Assembly (NCBI GenBank): GCA_004431415.1
Contig: QPMI01000332.1
Location: forward strand, 11,187-75,186
Direction of reading: 5' to 3'
DNA from: Cyanophora paradoxa CCMP329
Lineage: Eukaryota; Plantae; Glaucophyta
DNA length: 64,000 bases
Shown here: piece after piece, positions 62,140 through 64,000 of the stretch
How the letters are laid out: the number at the start of each line of letters is the position of its first letter
Position numbering within the stretch: the first letter of the stretch is position 1
Notes under the pieces: generated by a model
What the model was told of the DNA's origin: nothing
Databases searched by the model: none
Seen by the model: only the letters and a program-made list of their open reading frames with translations
Position numbers and translations under genes: made by a program

Positions 62140-64000
62140 ATGGAGCTCTCACATTACGACGTTGTCCAAGCGTCAGACTTGCCTCCAAGCGTGCGCGAGG
62201 CGGTAGCCGCAACTCTCGGCGATGCGGCCGTGTGCGGCGGTTTCGTCACGCCGGAGACGTCTGCATCATATGTCTTCCTAGCAGCAGCTTCATCTGTAGG
62301 ACCGCCCCGCCTGTTCATCTGGAAAGCGCTCGCTGGTCAGCAGAGTGTCGTGAGCCACGAGCTTCCGGGCGAAGACGCAGGCAGGTGCGCTTTGCGCAGA
62401 CGGGAGGCGGCTTGAATGGCGAGATGGGACTGCGCCTCGCGCCGCGCTCGCTCGGCAACTGCACGCGCAGCCGCTCACACCCGCGCAGCTACAATCGCCG
62501 AATCACCACAATCCCGCTCGGCTCGAGCGCAGCGGACTTCGGTATGCTCGCCTGTACGGCCGCAGGAACCTTCCGCCTGTTCCGGCGGTACGCGCGCTCC
62601 TCGCGCGTTGGCGGGAGCAGGGCGGCTGAGGGGCGGCAGGCCGCTGCGCGCGGGCTTCTCGTACGAGGACGGGAGCGTGGAGCTGGGGGCGTCGGCGACG
62701 GTGGAGTGCGTGGCGGGGTTCCCGTCGGGGGCGCTGGTGGCGTGCAGCGACGGGGCCCTCATCCAGCTCGCCGTCCCCGCCGACCCCTTCCAGCCCCTCC
62801 AGCAGACCCGCCTCGCCCGCCACGCCGGCATCGTCAGCGCCCTCCTCGGCAGCCTCCGCCGCGGCCGCCGCGCCCCGCGCAGGCCTCGCCCGTCGCGGCG
62901 CTCGCGGCGGGCCGGACGGGCGGGGCGGGGGGCAGGCGCTCTGCTTCAAGGGCGACGAGGCGGCCACCGTCGAGCGCTACACCGTCGCCTCGACGCCCCG
63001 CCCGCGTGCGTCCCCGCCCCGCCTCCTCCCCGCCCCGCCGAGCTCGCGGCGGCCGCAGTTCGCGGGGGAGTCGCCCCTGGCAGCGCGGCTGCGGGCGGAG
63101 GTGCCGGGGAGTACGCGGGGCGGTGGGCGTCGGTGCAGGTGGCGGACGCGGCGCTCGTCGGGGGCGCGCTGCACGTCTCGCCGTGCACGCGCTGGAGCCC
63201 CCGGGCCAGCCCTCCTCTCCCTCCACGCCCTCGACCCCGCCGCCGTCGGCTCCCTCCGCCCCCGGGGGCCGCCCTCTGGTGCCGCGACCTCCCGCGGGGC
63301 GCTGCCGGCGGAGGAGCTGCCGGGCGCGGCTGCAGCTGGTGGCGGGGCGGGCGGGGACCGAGGCGCGGCCCTTCGTGCTGCTCCCCTCGTGCTGCGTCCT
63401 CCCGACGGCGAGCTCCTCCCCGCGCGCCCGGCGCCTTCCTCGCGGCGGGGCCCTCCCGGGGCGCCGGCCCCGCCCTCCTCCACTCCGCCGCGGCCTCCTG
63501 CGCGCCGCCTCCCTCTACGAGGAGCCCCGCGCGCCCTCCGCCGCCCCTCCCCCTCCCCCGCGCCCCCGCCCCGGCCTCCCTCGGCCTCCTCGTTCGGGGG
63601 CGGGGGAGGCGGAGGGGGCGCTGGGGCACGCGCTGCGGCTCGCGGTGGAGGGGCGCGTCGAGGCGGCCCGCGCCCTCGCCCGCCGCCAGCTCGACGCCGA
63701 CCCGCCGCCTTCGCCGCTCCGCCGCCGCACTCGACGCCGCACTCGCCACCAGCGGCCCGCCGCCGACGAGGCCTGGGCGGGGCCGGCCCGCGCCCCGCGG
63801 GAGCCCCATGCTCGAGCGCGCCCTGCGCGAGCGCCTCGCACGCACGACGCCCTCGCTGAGGCCCTCCGGCCCCTGCCCCTCGGTCCGCACCCGCCCCGCC
63901 CCGACCCCGCCCCGCCGCTGAGCGCCCTGCAGCGGAGGAGACGCGGAGGGGGCTGGTGGAGACGGGGCAGCGGCTGCGGGCGGCGGTGGCGGGGCGGGCG
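62140..64000 (+). CDS. Nucleoporin Nup133-like N-terminal beta-propeller; 3' end runs off the window
   Basis: [17 protein letters not shown]...LFIWK...[14 protein letters not shown]...[12 protein letters not shown] resembles the Nup133 N-terminus as recalled. Confidence 0.5.

Overview
Gene-dense, very GC-rich eukaryotic nuclear DNA. About 20 intron-rich genes lie mostly in alternating head-to-head and tail-to-tail pairs. The raw ORF track is largely misleading because genes are broken by many ~45-100 nt introns, so gene models here were spliced by eye and boundaries are approximate. A spliced, meso-DAP-type MurE, CcdA, a cyanobacterial YaaW-like gene, Phe-early presequences (MAFV, MATAF, MVGF) and a CatSper-like channel together point to a glaucophyte (Cyanophora-like) alga; this is inference. 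Recognisable genes: YaaW-like, TPR/SGNH-like, mTERF, DNAAF8-like multi-NDK, CcdA, MurE, CatSper-like channel, F-box/WD40, mitochondrial ATP synthase delta, TPR-RING, cNMP-binding protein, dihydrolipoamide dehydrogenase, UAP56, Pht-like MFS, CHID1, 2-PGK-like NTPase, DUF4436, nitroreductase, succinyl-CoA ligase beta and Nup133-like. One complete 4.9 kb Ginger2/TDD-like DNA transposon (12693-17627; 109 bp TIRs, ATCGA TSD) is present. Most notable observations: (1) a 53 bp transit-peptide-coding block shared at 52/53 identity by two unrelated genes; (2) a TIR-derived CAACGCA/TGCGTTG motif repeated in the transposase's own introns, plus an antisense cargo ORF; (3) atypical splicing signals with frequent GC donors, a G[TC][GC]CGC consensus and no polypyrimidine tract; (4) a steep 5'-to-3' GC gradient within genes.
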